Of a stretch of 35,936 nucleotides of DNA, positions 24,621 to 35,936 are shown one piece after another; position 1 is the first letter of the stretch, and each line of letters starts with the position of its first letter. Location: contig JASFMT010000001.1 in the NCBI GenBank assembly GCA_050117455.1, positions 1-35,936 on the forward strand, in the 5' to 3' direction. A program made the position numbers and the translations under genes. Below the pieces are notes generated by a model. The model had not been told where the DNA came from, ran no database searches, and worked only from the letters and a program-made list of their open reading frames with translations. This stretch comes from Gammaproteobacteria bacterium (GTDB taxonomy: Bacteria; Pseudomonadota; Gammaproteobacteria; SZUA-152).

Positions 24621-25319
24621 TCAGGGGATCAGGTAAACACTCAGTGAAAGGAAATCCATTTTAAAACTGCCGCTCTTGAAGGCGTCATTAAAATCATAAT
24701 GGTTCCAGGCGGCTCCCATGCCAAAAAAGTCGTTGAAGAAATAGGTGGCTCCCAAACCAATCCCGATATACAAGCCGCTGTCCTCGTCTTTATCAGAGCT
24801 TGATCCTGTTACATTTGAGTTTACAGATAGTTCTGAATCCAGGGACCAGATGAGTAAACCCGCGTTGACATAAGGAACGAACTTATCGCTCATCAAGGGG
24901 AAAGCGTATCGACCTCCGATTTCCACGGTGAATGCGTCAGTGGCGACTTCATAGCTTGTGACAGTCGTGCCGTCAACACTGGTGCCGCCAAATACGTATT
25001 CACCCAGATCGGTAAAGGAAAACGTTGCGGCGACATTACTGTTGAGTTGATAACCTCCCGAGAAACGCAGGCCAATGTCGGAATCGTCAGTATCGAGACT
25101 AAAAGGCGCGGTCCTTAGCGAAGAGTTAATGCGGTTGTCAAAACTTGAGGCAAAGGAATCGGCCGAATAGTTAACCTGGCCGGCTCCAACATCAAAGAAA
25201 AACTCACCGGGTGAATTGCCGGCCGCCATACCAGCTGCGGCGGGAATGAATGTGGAGATGACGACTACAATAAAACGACGGATAAAAGGTGTTTTGTTCG
25301 GCGTTATTTTTTTCATCAT
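24621..25319 (-). CDS. small outer-membrane beta-barrel protein (OmpX/OmpW-like porin family)
   Basis: Starts at MMKKITPNK (ATG at 25319 or 25316; the track extends to 25367). Signal peptide FIVVVISTFIPAAAGMAA, then alternating-hydrophobic beta strands with G/Y/F-rich ends (RFSGGYQL, IGGRYAF, GIGLGATYFF). AT-rich compared with its neighbours. Confidence 0.72.
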   Translation of the reverse strand: MMKKITPNKTPFIRRFIVVVISTFIPAAAGMAAGNSPGEFFFDVGAGQVNYSADSFASSFDNRINSSLRTAPFSLDTDDSDIGLRFSGGYQLNSNVAATFSFTDLGEYVFGGTSVDGTTVTSYEVATDAFTVEIGGRYAFPLMSDKFVPYVNAGLLIWSLDSELSVNSNVTGSSSDKDEDSGLYIGIGLGATYFFNDFFGMGAAWNHYDFNDAFKSGSFKMDFLSLSVYLIP

Positions 25320-25586
25320 TATCGTTAGCATAATTGTTAGTGCCCCTAATAAGCGGTTTATCGTCACCGCATCAATACCGGTAGTTTAAAGAGCCCTATA
25401 GGGGATATCAATATTTACCGCAACCGGTATAACCAATATTGGCGCGATATCGTGTAGCGTAAAGGCGGTTTTCGGCCATTTCCAATTACTGCAGTGCCCC
25501 ACATTCTTTCTACTCAAGCTTTGTTTGTACCGGTCGAACATAAGTTAGACCTTGTCCTAATATAGCGTTGAAAAGGAAGAGCAGGT

Positions 25587-27005
25587 ATGACCGGGCAAAA
25601 GGAAATGAGTTTTAGTGAAAGCGTCAATTGCATGCTTGATCGGGCGCTTGACGTCTTGCAGTTGGATACGGGAGTAGCGCAGGCCATTAAAGCCTGCAGC
25701 GCGGTGCTCCAGGTTCAGTTTCCCGTCAAAATTCGTGGGCAAATTCAGATATTTACCGGGTGGCGGGCAGTTCACAGTACACACCGGTTACCCTCCAAGG
25801 GCGGTATCCGCTACGCGCCGGTGATCAACCAGGATGACATTGAAGCCCTGGCGGCGCTAATGACGTACAAATGTGCCATAGTGGATGTGCCGTTTGGCGG
25901 TTCCAAGGGCGGCCTGCTCATCGACCCGACGCAGTTCACACGCGATGAAATGCAGTTGATTACCCGCCGTTTTACCCTGGAACTGGTGCGCAAGGGATTC
26001 CTCAGCCCGGCCACTAATGTGCCGGCACCGGATTTGGGGACCGGGCAGCGGGAAATGGCCTGGATGGCGGATACCTACAAACACCTGCATCCCGACGACA
26101 TTAATTATATTGCCTGCGTGACCGGCAAGCCGGTGAATTACGGGGGCATCCAGGGCCGCACCGAAGCGACGGGCCGTGGCGTACAGTATGCGTTGCAGGA
26201 GTTTTTCCGCCATGCCGATAGCGTGGAACAGGCGGGGTTAACGCCCGGCCTGGGTGGAAAGCGAGTAGTGATGCAGGGGCTGGGCAACGTGGGTTACCAT
26301 GCGGCGAAATTTTTGTCCGAAGAAGACGACGCAAAAATCATCGCCATTATTGACAGTTCCGGCGCCGTTATAAATGAAGAAGGCCTGTCGGTGGAAAATG
26401 TTTACCGGCATAAAATGGAACACAAGACCCTGGAGGGTTATCCCGACGGGCGCTTTGAGAAGGACCGCGCCGCGGTGCTGGAAATGGATTGCGACATTCT
26501 TGTGCCCGCGGCCGTCGAAGGGCAAATCCACAGAGAGAATGCACCCAGACTTAAATGCCGGCTCATCATAGAAGCTGCCAACGGTCCGGTGACCTTTGAA
26601 GCCGATGAAATCCTGCGCCAACGGGGTGTGCAAATCATTCCCGATGCTTACGCCAATGCCGGTGGCGTGGTGGTATCGTATTTTGAATGGATACAGAATA
26701 TGTCCCATATCCGCTTTGGCCGTATGCAGCGCCGGTTCGACGAACAGCGGGGCTTTCACATTGCCGACGCCATCCAGACCATGACCGGCCTGCAGTTGCC
26801 GGACCACATTAACTCCCGGCTGCAAAGCGGCGCAGACGAACTGACCCTGGTGCGATCGGGACTGGATGACAGCATGCGGCTGGCGTTTCAGGAAATTAAG
26901 GAACTGCGGGACAGCCACGAGCGCATCCAGGACTACCGCACCGCCGCTTATGTTGTCGCCGCCAAAAAAATCTCCCAGACCTACCTCGACGTGGGCGTGT
27001 ATTAA
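25587..27005 (+). CDS. gdh: Glu/Leu/Phe/Val dehydrogenase family, probable glutamate dehydrogenase
   Basis: 472 aa. It has the catalytic-lysine box KCAIVDVPFGGSKGGL, PAPDLGT, the Rossmann motif QGLGNVG and ANAGGVVVSYFEW. An alternative start at 25605 (MSFSE) is possible. Confidence 0.9.
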   Translation: MTGQKEMSFSESVNCMLDRALDVLQLDTGVAQAIKACSAVLQVQFPVKIRGQIQIFTGWRAVHSTHRLPSKGGIRYAPVINQDDIEALAALMTYKCAIVDVPFGGSKGGLLIDPTQFTRDEMQLITRRFTLELVRKGFLSPATNVPAPDLGTGQREMAWMADTYKHLHPDDINYIACVTGKPVNYGGIQGRTEATGRGVQYALQEFFRHADSVEQAGLTPGLGGKRVVMQGLGNVGYHAAKFLSEEDDAKIIAIIDSSGAVINEEGLSVENVYRHKMEHKTLEGYPDGRFEKDRAAVLEMDCDILVPAAVEGQIHRENAPRLKCRLIIEAANGPVTFEADEILRQRGVQIIPDAYANAGGVVVSYFEWIQNMSHIRFGRMQRRFDEQRGFHIADAIQTMTGLQLPDHINSRLQSGADELTLVRSGLDDSMRLAFQEIKELRDSHERIQDYRTAAYVVAAKKISQTYLDVGVY

Positions 27006-27016
27006 CGGTTTACCGA

Positions 27017-27054
27017 AACGCCCACGGAACGGCGTCTTTGTTTGCAAAGGCGCC
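27017..27054 (+). terminator. terminator region after gdh with two overlapping hairpins
   Basis: ACGCC-CACGGAAC-GGCGT (27018-27035) overlaps a 10-bp hairpin, GGCGTCTTTG-TTTG-CAAAGGCGCC (27031-27054). The second hairpin is made of the same GCGTCTTTG/CAAAGGCGC units as the dispersed repeat. Confidence 0.5.
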
Positions 27055-27323
27055 GCCCCTGTCATTTCTTTAATTATCAATCAGTTGCCTGATTTTAAGG
27101 GGCTGTGTCTCCCTTTGGGTGTTGCTTGCCGCGCCGTAATCTCGAGTGCGTTGAGCCATTGTTGCTGAACCATTGTTATTGTGGACGGTGATGGGACTGC
27201 GGTATTCTTACCCCCCTTAACGGGCAGCGATACACAATCATGAAATCCCGCAAAATCAACAAGCTGCCATGACGTGCGAATCGTTAAAATAGTCTCATTT
27301 ACCAGGATTTTGGACCCAGTTTT

Positions 27324-29828
27324 ATGACGTTAAAGCCACAGTACGAGCCCAAAGATATCGAAACCCGGGCACAACAATACTGGGAGCAAAACGATTGCTT
27401 CCGTGCCGTCGACCACGACAGCGAAAAGGAAAAGTTTTATTGCCTGTCCATGTTTCCCTATCCCAGCGGCCGGCTGCACATGGGGCACGTACGCAACTAC
27501 ACCATTGGTGATGTTATTGCCCGTTACCAGCGCATGCAGGGTAAAAACGTGCTGCAACCCATGGGCTGGGACGCCTTCGGCATGCCGGCGGAAAACGCCG
27601 CCATCAAAAACCAGGTACCGCCTGCCAGGTGGACCTATGAAAACATCGACTACATGCGCGCCCAGTTAAAACGGTTGGGGTTCGGCTATGACTGGAATCG
27701 TGAACTGGCCACCTGCCATCCAAAGTACTACCGCTGGGAACAATGGCTGTTTACCAGGCTGTTTGATAAAGGACTGGTTTATAAAAAAACCGCGCCGGTG
27801 AACTGGTGCCCCAATGATATGACGGTACTGGCCAACGAACAGGTCATCGAAGGCAAATGCTGGCGTTGCGATACCGAAGTGGAGCGCCGCGATATTCCGC
27901 AATGGTTTATGAAGATTACCGATTACGCGGAAGAGTTACTGGCCGAACTGGATAACTTGACCGGCTGGCCGGAACAGGTCGTTGCCATGCAGCGAAACTG
28001 GATTGGCAAGTCCAAAGGCGTCGAAGTGGTCTTTGGTATTGAAGGCCAGTCCGAACCATTGAAAGTGTTTACCACCCGTCCGGATACGTTAATGGGAGTG
28101 ACCTACGTGGCCGTTGCACCGGAACATCCACTGGCACTACAGGCAGCCGAAAATAATCAGGCGTTGCAGGCATTCATTGACGAGTGCCGCCATGGAGGCA
28201 CTTCGGAAGCCGACCTGGAAACCATGGAAAAGAAAGGCATGGATACCGGTATCAAGGCGATCCATCCTTTGACCAATGACCAGGTACCGGTTTTTATCGC
28301 CAACTTCGTGTTAATGGGTTATGGCGAAGGCGCCGTGATGGCAGTACCCGCCCACGATCAACGGGACTGGGAATTTGCGCATAAATACGATGTGCCCATC
28401 AAGCAGGTTATTAAGCCCGCGGATGACAGTGAAGTGGATTTAAGTAAAGGCGCGTATACGGAAAAAGGGTTTTTGTTTGACAGCGGTGAGTTCGATGGCA
28501 TGGACTTTCAACAGTCCTTCGATGCCATTGCCAGTAAACTGCAAAGCAACAATAAGGGCCAGGTGCGGATTAATTACCGGTTGCGCGACTGGGGAGTTTC
28601 CCGGCAGCGTTACTGGGGTGCGCCAATACCCATTATCAATTGCGACAGTTGTGGTTCCGTGCCGGTACCAGAAAGTGATTTGCCGGTGGTGTTGCCGGAG
28701 GATGTATCCATGGAAGGCGTGGGCTCGCCCATTAAAAAGATGCCGGCGTTTTATGAAACCACCTGTCCCAAATGCGGTGGTAAAGCGCAACGGGAAACGG
28801 ATACCTTCGATACCTTTATGGAGTCCTCGTGGTACTTCGCCCGTTACGCCTGCAAGGATAATGATGATGGCATGCTGGATGACCGCGCCGATTACTGGCT
28901 GCCGGTGGACCAGTACATTGGCGGTATCGAACATGCAATTCTGCACTTGTTATACGCACGCTTTTATAACAAGTTGATGCGCGATGCGGGCCTGATCAAA
29001 AACGACGAACCGTTCATGAACCTGTTGACGCAGGGCATGGTATTAAAGGACGGCGCCAAGATGTCCAAGTCCAAAGGCAATACCGTTGATCCACAGGCGT
29101 TGATTGAACAATACGGCGCCGACACCGTGCGCCTGTTTACCATGTTTGCGGCCCCGCCGGAGCAATCGCTGGAGTGGAATGACGACGCCGTGGAAGGCGC
29201 ATTCCGTTTTCTGAAACGCCTGTGGCGCATGGCCGCCGATGCTGACAAACTGTCGGTGTTAGCCCAATGGCTGGGTGAGGGCAAGCTTGAAAAGTTCAAC
29301 TGGGAAACGGTCACCGGCGAATTAAAAGACGTGCGTGCGGAAATCCATGGCCTGTTGGAACAGGCCAACCGCGATGTGGGTAAATATCAGTTTAACACGG
29401 TGGTTGCCGCCGCCATGAAAATGGTGAATACCTTGCAGCCATTGATTGAAAAAATGCGCGAAGGCAGCAGCGACGAACAAACGCACGCTGTGTACGCCGA
29501 GGCCGTGGAAATTCTGTTGCGCCTGTTATCACCCATTGTGCCGCACGTCACACATAGCATCTGGCAGGCACTAGGCTGCAGCGGAGATATTCTCGATGCG
29601 CCCTGGCCGATGCCGGATGCAGATGCCATGGTCAAAGACACCGTGGAACTGGTGGTGCAGGTTAATGGCAAATTGCGAGGCAAAATTGCCGTGCCCGCTG
29701 ACGCCGATAAGGAGAAGATCGAACAGCTTGCTACAGAAGACGATAACGTACAGCGTCACCTCGAAGGTAAGAATATTGTCAAAGTCATCGTGGTGCCCGG
29801 CCGGCTGGTTAACATCGTGGTGAAATAG
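27324..29828 (+). CDS. leuS: leucine--tRNA ligase
   Basis: 834 aa. HIGH-type motif [11 protein letters not shown], the CP1 editing region and KMSKSKGN. The lptE-holA context is typical of gammaproteobacteria. Confidence 0.97.
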   Translation: MTLKPQYEPKDIETRAQQYWEQNDCFRAVDHDSEKEKFYCLSMFPYPSGRLHMGHVRNYTIGDVIARYQRMQGKNVLQPMGWDAFGMPAENAAIKNQVPPARWTYENIDYMRAQLKRLGFGYDWNRELATCHPKYYRWEQWLFTRLFDKGLVYKKTAPVNWCPNDMTVLANEQVIEGKCWRCDTEVERRDIPQWFMKITDYAEELLAELDNLTGWPEQVVAMQRNWIGKSKGVEVVFGIEGQSEPLKVFTTRPDTLMGVTYVAVAPEHPLALQAAENNQALQAFIDECRHGGTSEADLETMEKKGMDTGIKAIHPLTNDQVPVFIANFVLMGYGEGAVMAVPAHDQRDWEFAHKYDVPIKQVIKPADDSEVDLSKGAYTEKGFLFDSGEFDGMDFQQSFDAIASKLQSNNKGQVRINYRLRDWGVSRQRYWGAPIPIINCDSCGSVPVPESDLPVVLPEDVSMEGVGSPIKKMPAFYETTCPKCGGKAQRETDTFDTFMESSWYFARYACKDNDDGMLDDRADYWLPVDQYIGGIEHAILHLLYARFYNKLMRDAGLIKNDEPFMNLLTQGMVLKDGAKMSKSKGNTVDPQALIEQYGADTVRLFTMFAAPPEQSLEWNDDAVEGAFRFLKRLWRMAADADKLSVLAQWLGEGKLEKFNWETVTGELKDVRAEIHGLLEQANRDVGKYQFNTVVAAAMKMVNTLQPLIEKMREGSSDEQTHAVYAEAVEILLRLLSPIVPHVTHSIWQALGCSGDILDAPWPMPDADAMVKDTVELVVQVNGKLRGKIAVPADADKEKIEQLATEDDNVQRHLEGKNIVKVIVVPGRLVNIVVK

Positions 29829-29839
29829 ACAGGCTGCCA

Positions 29840-30367
29840 ATGATTACCAACCTCGTTTTGTTACCAAGGGCAGCCCGTCGGTGGTTGCTGATTATAACCA
29901 CCATGGTTTTGTTGGCGTCGTGTGGGTTTCATTTGCGAGGCAGTGTCGATTTACCGAAAGACACGAAGCAGCTGGCCATTGACGATGGTGAATCGGCGAG
30001 CGCTATAGCCACGACACTGCACACCCATTTAAGGCGTAACGGCATCAAGCCGCTGCAAAACACAGACGAGGCAAAACTGGTTATTGAAATTCATCGCGAA
30101 GGCTTTCAGCGCCGGGTTCTCACGGTAAACACCGCCGGCCAGGTGCAGGAATTCGAACTGACCTACCGGGTTAGTTACTCTCTTCTAAACAAAGACAACG
30201 AAGACGTATCGTTAAGACAGCAAAGCCTGGTGCTAAGGCGCGACCTGCGTTTCGATGCCAATGAAGTGCTGGGTAAAAGCTCTGAAGAAGAACGGCTCAG
30301 GCAGGATATGCTCGATTCGGCGGCGCAACAGATATTGCGCCGTGTGCCGAAGGTGACCGGTTCGTAA
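29840..30367 (+). CDS. lptE: LPS-assembly lipoprotein LptE
   Basis: 175 aa. The lipobox LLASCGFHLRG matches the conserved LptE N-terminus, and the gene sits between leuS and holA. Confidence 0.87.
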   Translation: MITNLVLLPRAARRWLLIITTMVLLASCGFHLRGSVDLPKDTKQLAIDDGESASAIATTLHTHLRRNGIKPLQNTDEAKLVIEIHREGFQRRVLTVNTAGQVQEFELTYRVSYSLLNKDNEDVSLRQQSLVLRRDLRFDANEVLGKSSEEERLRQDMLDSAAQQILRRVPKVTGS

Positions 30368-30385
30368 CCGGTATAAAAATAAATC

Positions 30386-30470
30386 TCAACGCATAGACGC
30401 TATGGCGCAAAGATTCATAAAATTTCATTTGGATAGATTATCTGCGTCTTCGCATTCAATTTGCGTGTTA
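30386..30470. repeat. degenerate inverted copy pair of the GCGCAAAG-type repeat
   Basis: TCAACGCATAGACGCTATGGCGCAAAGATT (30386-30415) and ATCTGCGTCTTCGCATTCAATTTGCGTGTT (about 30440-30470, opposite orientation) flank an AT-rich spacer. The pair begins 19 nt after the lptE stop. Confidence 0.5.
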
Positions 30471-30491
30471 CAACGAATGTAGGTATTTGCA

Positions 30492-31529
30492 GTGAAAGTT
30501 AATGTCCACGAAATGGCAACCCATTTAAAGGGAAACCTGGCACCGATTTACGTTGTCAGCGGTGATGAACCGTTGCAGCAGGGTGAGGCGTGTGATGCCA
30601 TTCGGGCGGCAGCCCGTAAGCAGAATTTCACCGAGCGTCATGTGTTGCACGCGGAAAAGGGGTTTGACTGGGATAACTTTCTTGCTATCGGTAACAGTTT
30701 GTCGTTGTTCGCGGAGCGGCAGTTGATTGACTTGCGCATGCCCAGCGGCAAACCGGGGGATAAAGGTAGCAAAGCGTTACTGGAATATGCGCAAAACCCC
30801 TCTCCCGATTCCGTGTTGCTGCTGACCACCGGTAAACTGGACAAACAAACACAACGCAGCAAGTGGTTTTCGCAGCTGGATAGTAACGGCGTGCATATCG
30901 CCGTATGGCCGGTGGAAACACGCCAGTTGCCCGGCTGGATACAACAGCGGGCGCGTTCCCGTGGAATGAAATTGACGCCGCAAGCCGTGCAGCTCATTGT
31001 GGACCGGGTGGAAGGCAACATGCTGGCGGCAGCGCAGGAGATCGATAAGTTGCATTTGCTGTTTGGTGACAGCGAAATCGACGAGCACGCGGTGATGGAA
31101 GCGGTATCGGACAGTGCACGCTACGATGTTTATAGCCTGGTGGATGTGGCGCTGGCGGGGGAAGTGAACCGGGTGGCGCGCATGATCGACGGGCTGCGTG
31201 CCGAAGGGGTGGAAGCGATTCTGGTCTCCTGGGCGTTGGCGCGGGAAATACGCAGCCTGCATCAGATGGCCGTTGCCGTGGCGCGGGGGGTGCGTCCTGA
31301 GCAGGTGGTATCGCAGGCGCGGGTGTGGCCCAAACGAAAAGCATTCGTCACCCAGGCATTAAAGCGGCATAATGTACATTCCTGGCAGGCAATGTTGCAG
31401 CATGCGGCAAAAATCGATCGAATTATCAAGGGCCTGGCAGCGGGCAATGTGTGGGATGAGTTGTTACAATTAGCATCAGGCATGGCCGGAAAACGAATTT
31501 TAGCGGAACCGGCCCTGGAATTAACCTGA
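30492..31529 (+). CDS. holA: DNA polymerase III delta subunit HolA
   Basis: 345 aa from GTG 30492; an in-frame ATG at 30513 is an alternative. [15 protein letters not shown] is colinear with E. coli HolA (YLLLGNDPLLLQ), and it also has [16 protein letters not shown]. Position after lptE. Confidence 0.88.
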   Translation: MKVNVHEMATHLKGNLAPIYVVSGDEPLQQGEACDAIRAAARKQNFTERHVLHAEKGFDWDNFLAIGNSLSLFAERQLIDLRMPSGKPGDKGSKALLEYAQNPSPDSVLLLTTGKLDKQTQRSKWFSQLDSNGVHIAVWPVETRQLPGWIQQRARSRGMKLTPQAVQLIVDRVEGNMLAAAQEIDKLHLLFGDSEIDEHAVMEAVSDSARYDVYSLVDVALAGEVNRVARMIDGLRAEGVEAILVSWALAREIRSLHQMAVAVARGVRPEQVVSQARVWPKRKAFVTQALKRHNVHSWQAMLQHAAKIDRIIKGLAAGNVWDELLQLASGMAGKRILAEPALELT

Positions 31530-31609
31530 ATTCACCGGCATTAATCGCCTGGCACAAATCAACGGTTACAAGTCAAAGAGTACATAGAGCAAAACGCGAG
31601 ACACCGTCA

Positions 31610-32866
31610 ATGGATATCAAACAGTACATGACCAGCCTTGGTGAAAAAGCGCGGGCCGCCTCATTGGCCATGGCCCGGGCCAATACCGGCGCCAAGGACC
31701 AGGCGTTGCATGCCATTGCAGACAGTATCATGGCGTCGCAAAAGCGCCTGATGGAAGAAAACGCCAGGGACCTGGAGCAGGGTAAAGCCGATGGCCTGGA
31801 TGAGGCGTTACTGGATCGCCTGGCATTGAACGAAGAGCGCATTGCAGGCATGGCCGAAGGTTTGCGGCAAATCGCCGCACTGGCGGACCCGGTCGGCGCC
31901 ATCAGTGATTTAAACTACCGGCCGTCGGGAATCCAGGTGGGCCGCATGCGGGTGCCGTTGGGAGTTATCGGCATCATTTATGAATCGCGGCCCAATGTGA
32001 CCGCTGATGCCGCCGGCTTGTGTTTAAAGTCCGGCAACGCCGCCATTTTACGCGGTGGTTCCGAAGCCGCTCATTCCAACAGGGCGATCGCTGCCTGTAT
32101 TCATGCCGGCCTGGAGCAGGCGGGTTTGCCGGCCGACGCAGTGCAGGTGATCGAAGTGACTGACCGCGCGGCAGTGGGTGAACTGATTACCATGCCGCAG
32201 TATGTGGATGTCATCGTGCCCCGGGGCGGCAAGGGACTGATCGAACGTATCAGCAGCGAAGCCAAAGTGCCGGTGATTAAACACCTGCACGGGGTGTGTC
32301 ATGTTTATATTCATGAACGGGCCGACCGGGAAAAAGCCATCAATATTGCCTTTAACGCCAAAACCCATCGCTATGGTGTGTGCAACGCCATGGAAACGTT
32401 GTTGGTGGATGATGCCGTGGCCAAAGCCATTTTGCCGCCGCTGGCTGATCGTTATCTCAATGAAGGTGTGGAGCTGCGCGGCTGTGACAAAACGCAGGCC
32501 ATCGTTGACAGTATAAAAGCGGCAACCGAGGAAGACTGGGATACCGAATACCTGGCGCCCATATTGTCTATCCGTGTGGTGGACAACATAGACCAGGCTT
32601 TGCAGCATTTGCATCGGCACAGTTCCGGTCATACTGAATCTATTGTGACAGAGGATATTGGCGCGGCACGGCGCTTTTTATCGGAAGTGGATTCCAGTTC
32701 CGTGATGGTGAACGCGTCCACGCGTTTCGCCGATGGTTTTGAATACGGCCTGGGCGCCGAGATCGGCATCAGCACCGACAAGATTCACGCCCGCGGGCCG
32801 GTGGGGCTGGAAGGCCTGACGTCACAAAAATATATTGTCATCGGCGATGGCCATATCCGCCAGTAA
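31610..32866 (+). CDS. proA: glutamate-5-semialdehyde dehydrogenase (gamma-glutamyl phosphate reductase)
   Basis: 418 aa. [17 protein letters not shown], the catalytic-Cys region [12 protein letters not shown], and HTESIVT...[10 protein letters not shown]. Confidence 0.95.
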   Translation: MDIKQYMTSLGEKARAASLAMARANTGAKDQALHAIADSIMASQKRLMEENARDLEQGKADGLDEALLDRLALNEERIAGMAEGLRQIAALADPVGAISDLNYRPSGIQVGRMRVPLGVIGIIYESRPNVTADAAGLCLKSGNAAILRGGSEAAHSNRAIAACIHAGLEQAGLPADAVQVIEVTDRAAVGELITMPQYVDVIVPRGGKGLIERISSEAKVPVIKHLHGVCHVYIHERADREKAINIAFNAKTHRYGVCNAMETLLVDDAVAKAILPPLADRYLNEGVELRGCDKTQAIVDSIKAATEEDWDTEYLAPILSIRVVDNIDQALQHLHRHSSGHTESIVTEDIGAARRFLSEVDSSSVMVNASTRFADGFEYGLGAEIGISTDKIHARGPVGLEGLTSQKYIVIGDGHIRQ

Positions 32867-32938
32867 TCGCGTAAAACCTATCGACCAAGAAGGGATGAGT
32901 GTTATTCATATTGTCACTGACAGGATTCGGTTGTATCC

Positions 32939-33598
32939 ATGATCGGCGTGTTCGGCGGTACGTTTAATCCGGTACACTGGGGGCATGTTCGAACCGCGCT
33001 GGAAATCAAAAATGCACTCGCCATAGAAACCATGCTGCTGATGCCCTGTGGCATTCCTCCCCATCGCGAAGAACCCGACGTTGATGCGCCTACGCGTCTG
33101 TCGATGTTGCAGGCCGCAGTAGCTGATTATCCACAGTTGCAGGTTGACGACCGGGAACTGAAACGCGGTGGGCTTTCTTATAGCGTTGATACTTTACATT
33201 CATTGCGCGAGGAAAACGGCGACACACCCATATGTTTGTGTGTCGGCGCTGATGCATTTATCCATCTGGATAGCTGGCACCAATGGCAAAAACTCTTCAG
33301 CCTGGCGCATATTATTGTTGTGCACCGGCCGGGCTGGCCACTGGATACATTGATGCAACAAATCCAGGGAGAACTAAAATCCATTGTTGCAACATCGTTG
33401 GTGACACAGCCTGACTTGTTGCGCCAACAACAGTGCGGTCTGGTTTTACCCCAAAAAGTAACCGATATCAATATCTCTGCAACGGACATCAGGCAACGCC
33501 TTGTGCAAGGGCAATCCATCGCAGAGTTGGTTCCGCCCGCTGTTTTACAGATTATTGAACAACAACATTTATATCAAACGACTGAGAAGAGTGAATGA
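32939..33598 (+). CDS. nadD: nicotinate-nucleotide adenylyltransferase
   Basis: 219 aa. N-terminal [14 protein letters not shown] (the (H/T)xGH nucleotidyltransferase motif) and a C-terminal ISATDIR. Confidence 0.93.
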   Translation: MIGVFGGTFNPVHWGHVRTALEIKNALAIETMLLMPCGIPPHREEPDVDAPTRLSMLQAAVADYPQLQVDDRELKRGGLSYSVDTLHSLREENGDTPICLCVGADAFIHLDSWHQWQKLFSLAHIIVVHRPGWPLDTLMQQIQGELKSIVATSLVTQPDLLRQQQCGLVLPQKVTDINISATDIRQRLVQGQSIAELVPPAVLQIIEQQHLYQTTEKSE

Positions 33599-33945
33599 AT
33601 ACGGAAGCATTACTGGATTTGGTGATCGAGGCGCTGGAAGACATGAAAGCACAGGACATACATGTAGTCGATGTGCGCGGTAAGACCAGTGTTACGGATA
33701 TTATGGTGGTTGCCAGTGGTACCTCCGCCCGGCAGGTGAAATCACAAGCCGAAAGAGTCGTTGAAAAGGCCAAGCACAACGGCGTGCAACCGCTGGGGGT
33801 GGAAGGTGAAAACGATGGGGAATGGGTGCTGGTAGACCTGGGTGACGTCGTGGTTCATGTTATGCAACCTGAAGTTCGCGATTTCTATCACCTCGAGAAA
33901 CTGTGGACAACGGACGAAGTGAACAGCCGTGAAGGCGGTTCCTGA
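33595..33945 (+). CDS. rsfS: ribosome silencing factor RsfS
   Basis: 116 aa. The ATGA start overlaps the nadD stop. [17 protein letters not shown] and [28 protein letters not shown] are typical of the RsfS/IojAP family. Confidence 0.93.
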   Translation: MNTEALLDLVIEALEDMKAQDIHVVDVRGKTSVTDIMVVASGTSARQVKSQAERVVEKAKHNGVQPLGVEGENDGEWVLVDLGDVVVHVMQPEVRDFYHLEKLWTTDEVNSREGGS

Positions 33946-34029
33946 CTTTCCGGTTGTTCCTGGTAAGAAGCTATGTCAATGGGAATACATTGATATAGTG
34001 ATCACGATGTTAATCAACATTTTCATGCT

Positions 34030-34497
34030 ATGCGCATATACCTGGTCGCTATAGGGCAACGCCTGGACGCCTGGGTTAACCAGGGTTATCAGGAGTATGC
34101 CAGGCGGTTGCCGCCGGAATGCCAGCTCCATCTGGTCGAGGTCGCGCCCAACAAACGCACCAAGAATACCGATCCACGTCGCGTAATCGACGAGGAAGGC
34201 GAGCGGTTGCTGGCTGCAGTGCCTGCCAATGCGCGGATACTGACCCTTGATGCCCAGGGCCGGCAGTGGAGTACAGAGCAGCTGGCGGAGCATTTGCGGG
34301 AGTGGCTGTCTGGTGGGCGGGACGTGGCGCTGCTGGCGGGTGGCCCCGATGGTTTGTCGCAGCGTTGCAGGGACAGGGCGGAAGGCAGCGTGGCGTTATC
34401 GAAGCTGACGTTTCCCCATCCGCTGGTCAGAATCATTATCGCGGAGCAACTTTACCGCGCGACGACCATACTCAAAGGTCACCCTTATCACCGTTGA
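34030..34497 (+). CDS. rlmH: 23S rRNA (pseudouridine1915-N3)-methyltransferase RlmH
   Basis: 155 aa with a SPOUT fold. MRIYLVAIGQRL..., GGPDGLS, and a C-terminal LTFPHPLVRIIIAEQLYRA...GHPYHR. Confidence 0.95.
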   Translation: MRIYLVAIGQRLDAWVNQGYQEYARRLPPECQLHLVEVAPNKRTKNTDPRRVIDEEGERLLAAVPANARILTLDAQGRQWSTEQLAEHLREWLSGGRDVALLAGGPDGLSQRCRDRAEGSVALSKLTFPHPLVRIIIAEQLYRATTILKGHPYHR

Positions 34498-34528
34498 GCG
34501 TGGCTCTCGGAACGGTTATGCTAAGCAG

Positions 34529-35140
34529 ATGAAAAATCAGCAAATTTTTCTGGCTTCGCAATCGCCCCGCCGTAGAATATTAGTTGAGCAATTGGGTATA
34601 CACTACCAGGTCGTCAAGGTGGCAGTCGACGAAAGCCATCGCGCTGGTGAATCGGCGGTGGATTATGTTGCGAGAATGGCGCTGGAAAAGGCCCACGCCG
34701 GTTGGCAGCAGGTTGCCGCGCAAGGCATGCCGGTGCTGGGGGCGGATACCTGTATCGTATTAAATGGGAAAATTGTGGGAAAGCCCGATGACCGCGACCA
34801 CGGTATTGCGTTATTAAAACAGTATTCCGGCAATACCCACCAGGTGTTAACCGGTGTGGCAATGGTTGGACAACTGAAAGGAACTGCCGAAGCCAAACCT
34901 GAACAATTGATTCGCATCAACACCAGTCATGTGACTTTTTGCACGCTCTCGGATCGGGAATGTGAACAATATTGGGATAGTGGTGAGCCATTGGGTAAGG
35001 CGGGAGGCTATGCGATTCAGGGGAAAGCGGCCGCGTTTATTAAAACCATAGAAGGCAGTTATTCCGCTATTATGGGATTGCCCTTGTACGAGTTGGCGCA
35101 ACTGCTGGCAGAGTTCGGTATTCATTGGCTCGATGAATAA
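34529..35140 (+). CDS. maf: Maf-like nucleoside-triphosphate pyrophosphatase (YhdE type)
   Basis: 203 aa. LASQSPRRRILVEQLG, GADTCIVLNGKIVGKP, KAGGYAIQG and the C-terminal GLPL. Confidence 0.9.
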   Translation: MKNQQIFLASQSPRRRILVEQLGIHYQVVKVAVDESHRAGESAVDYVARMALEKAHAGWQQVAAQGMPVLGADTCIVLNGKIVGKPDDRDHGIALLKQYSGNTHQVLTGVAMVGQLKGTAEAKPEQLIRINTSHVTFCTLSDRECEQYWDSGEPLGKAGGYAIQGKAAAFIKTIEGSYSAIMGLPLYELAQLLAEFGIHWLDE

Positions 35141-35188
35141 ACGATAACAACAATTACCAGCTAATCGGTACGGAACGCAGGACATATT

Positions 35189-35936
35189 ATGAGCGAAGAG
35201 ATACTGATCAATGTCACCCCCCGGGAGACGCGCGTTGCCATGGTGGAAAACGGCGTGTTAACCGAGGTATTTATTGAACGGGCAAGCCGGCTGGGTCTGG
35301 TAGGCAATATTTATAAAGGCAAAGTGTCGCGAGTTCTGCCCGGTATGCAGGCAGCGTTTATTGACATTGGCCTGGAACGCACGGCATTTCTGCATGCATC
35401 TGACATCGTCACCAGTAATAATTCCAACGAAGGTGACAGCGGTAACGGCAAACACGTTGAAGATATTTCCAGACTGTTATACCAGGGACAGACCTTATTG
35501 GTGCAGGTGGTCAAGGATCCCCTGGGCACCAAGGGAGCACGGTTGACCACCCAGTTGTCCATTGCGGCACGCTACATGGTCCTGATGCCGGAGATTAAAC
35601 ATATCGGCATATCACAAAAGATTGATTCGGAAGAAAACCGGCAACGGTTAAAGACGATGGTGGAAGAGCTGGGCAAGGAATTCCAGGAAAGCGGTTATAT
35701 TGTCCGTACCGTTGCCGAGGGTGCCAGTGAAGTTGAACTGGCTGCGGACATGAAGTTTCTGCACAAGCTCTGGACCGAAGTTCAGGAGCGCGGAAAATCG
35801 GCATCGCCCGGTAGCTTGATACATGAGGATCTGCGGCTGGTAATGCGTACCATGCGCGACCAGGTGGGCAGCGGAATGGATATTGAAAAGATCCGTATTG
35901 ATTCCCGGGAAAATTACGAAAAGGTTGTGAGTTTTG
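35189..35936 (+). CDS. rng: ribonuclease G (CafA), 3'-truncated by the window end
   Basis: Not in the ORF track because no stop codon is reached. My translation from the ATG at 35189 gives MSEEILINVTPRETRVAMVENGVLTEVFIERASRLGLVGNIYKGKVSRVLPGMQAAFIDIGLERTAFLHASD...VQVVKDPLGTKGARLTT. This is nearly colinear with E. coli RNase G (NVTPSETRVA...GNIYKGRVSRVLPGMQAAFVDIGL...VQVVKDPLGTKGARLTT). It follows maf, as in E. coli. Confidence 0.9.
   Translation, partial: MSEEILINVTPRETRVAMVENGVLTEVFIERASRLGLVGNIYKGKVSRVLPGMQAAFIDIGLERTAFLHASDIVTSNNSNEGDSGNGKHVEDISRLLYQGQTLLVQVVKDPLGTKGARLTTQLSIAARYMVLMPEIKHIGISQKIDSEENRQRLKTMVEELGKEFQESGYIVRTVAEGASEVELAADMKFLHKLWTEVQERGKSASPGSLIHEDLRLVMRTMRDQVGSGMDIEKIRIDSRENYEKVVSF

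Noticed and set aside
26238-27080. 280-aa minus-strand ORF antisense to the glutamate dehydrogenase gene, running past its stop codon.
   Set aside because: It is fully embedded in a strongly supported + strand gene. It has no recognisable motifs, and its composition (R/G/A/H-rich) is typical of shadow frames in GC-rich coding DNA.

Overview
About 36 kb of chromosomal DNA, by gene content and order probably from a gammaproteobacterium. I support 31 protein-coding genes, 29 of them on the + strand. I saw no rRNA, tRNA, CRISPR array, transposase or integrase. Most of the window is conserved housekeeping in familiar syntenic blocks. These are glcDEF plus a class-V glyoxylate aminotransferase (380-5476), dinF-type MATE (5674-7005), amtB (17444-18640), miaB-ybeZ-ybeY-corC-lnt (18895-24475), a glutamate dehydrogenase (25587-27005), and leuS-lptE-holA-proA-nadD-rsfS-rlmH-maf-rng (27324 to the window end, rng truncated). 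The non-core part lies at about 7.2-17.2 kb. It starts with a co-directional, visibly AT-richer cluster: a TonB-dependent-receptor-like outer-membrane protein, a YfiR/DUF4154-like periplasmic protein, a hybrid histidine kinase with two receiver domains, a REC-HD-GYP protein, a stand-alone receiver and an Rsd/AlgQ anti-sigma-70 homologue. A secreted Sel1-repeat protein and a tetraheme cytochrome c with an unusual N-terminal domain follow. I consider this putative envelope-to-c-di-GMP/sigma-70 signalling island the best candidate for an uncharacterised system. Its component domains are all individually known, and the link between them is inference from gene order only. The other recurrent signal is a dispersed GCGCAAAG/CTTTGCGC-type repeat family at four intergenic sites, each just after a stop codon. 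All functional calls rest on motifs read from the supplied translations and on remembered homologues; no database search was run.
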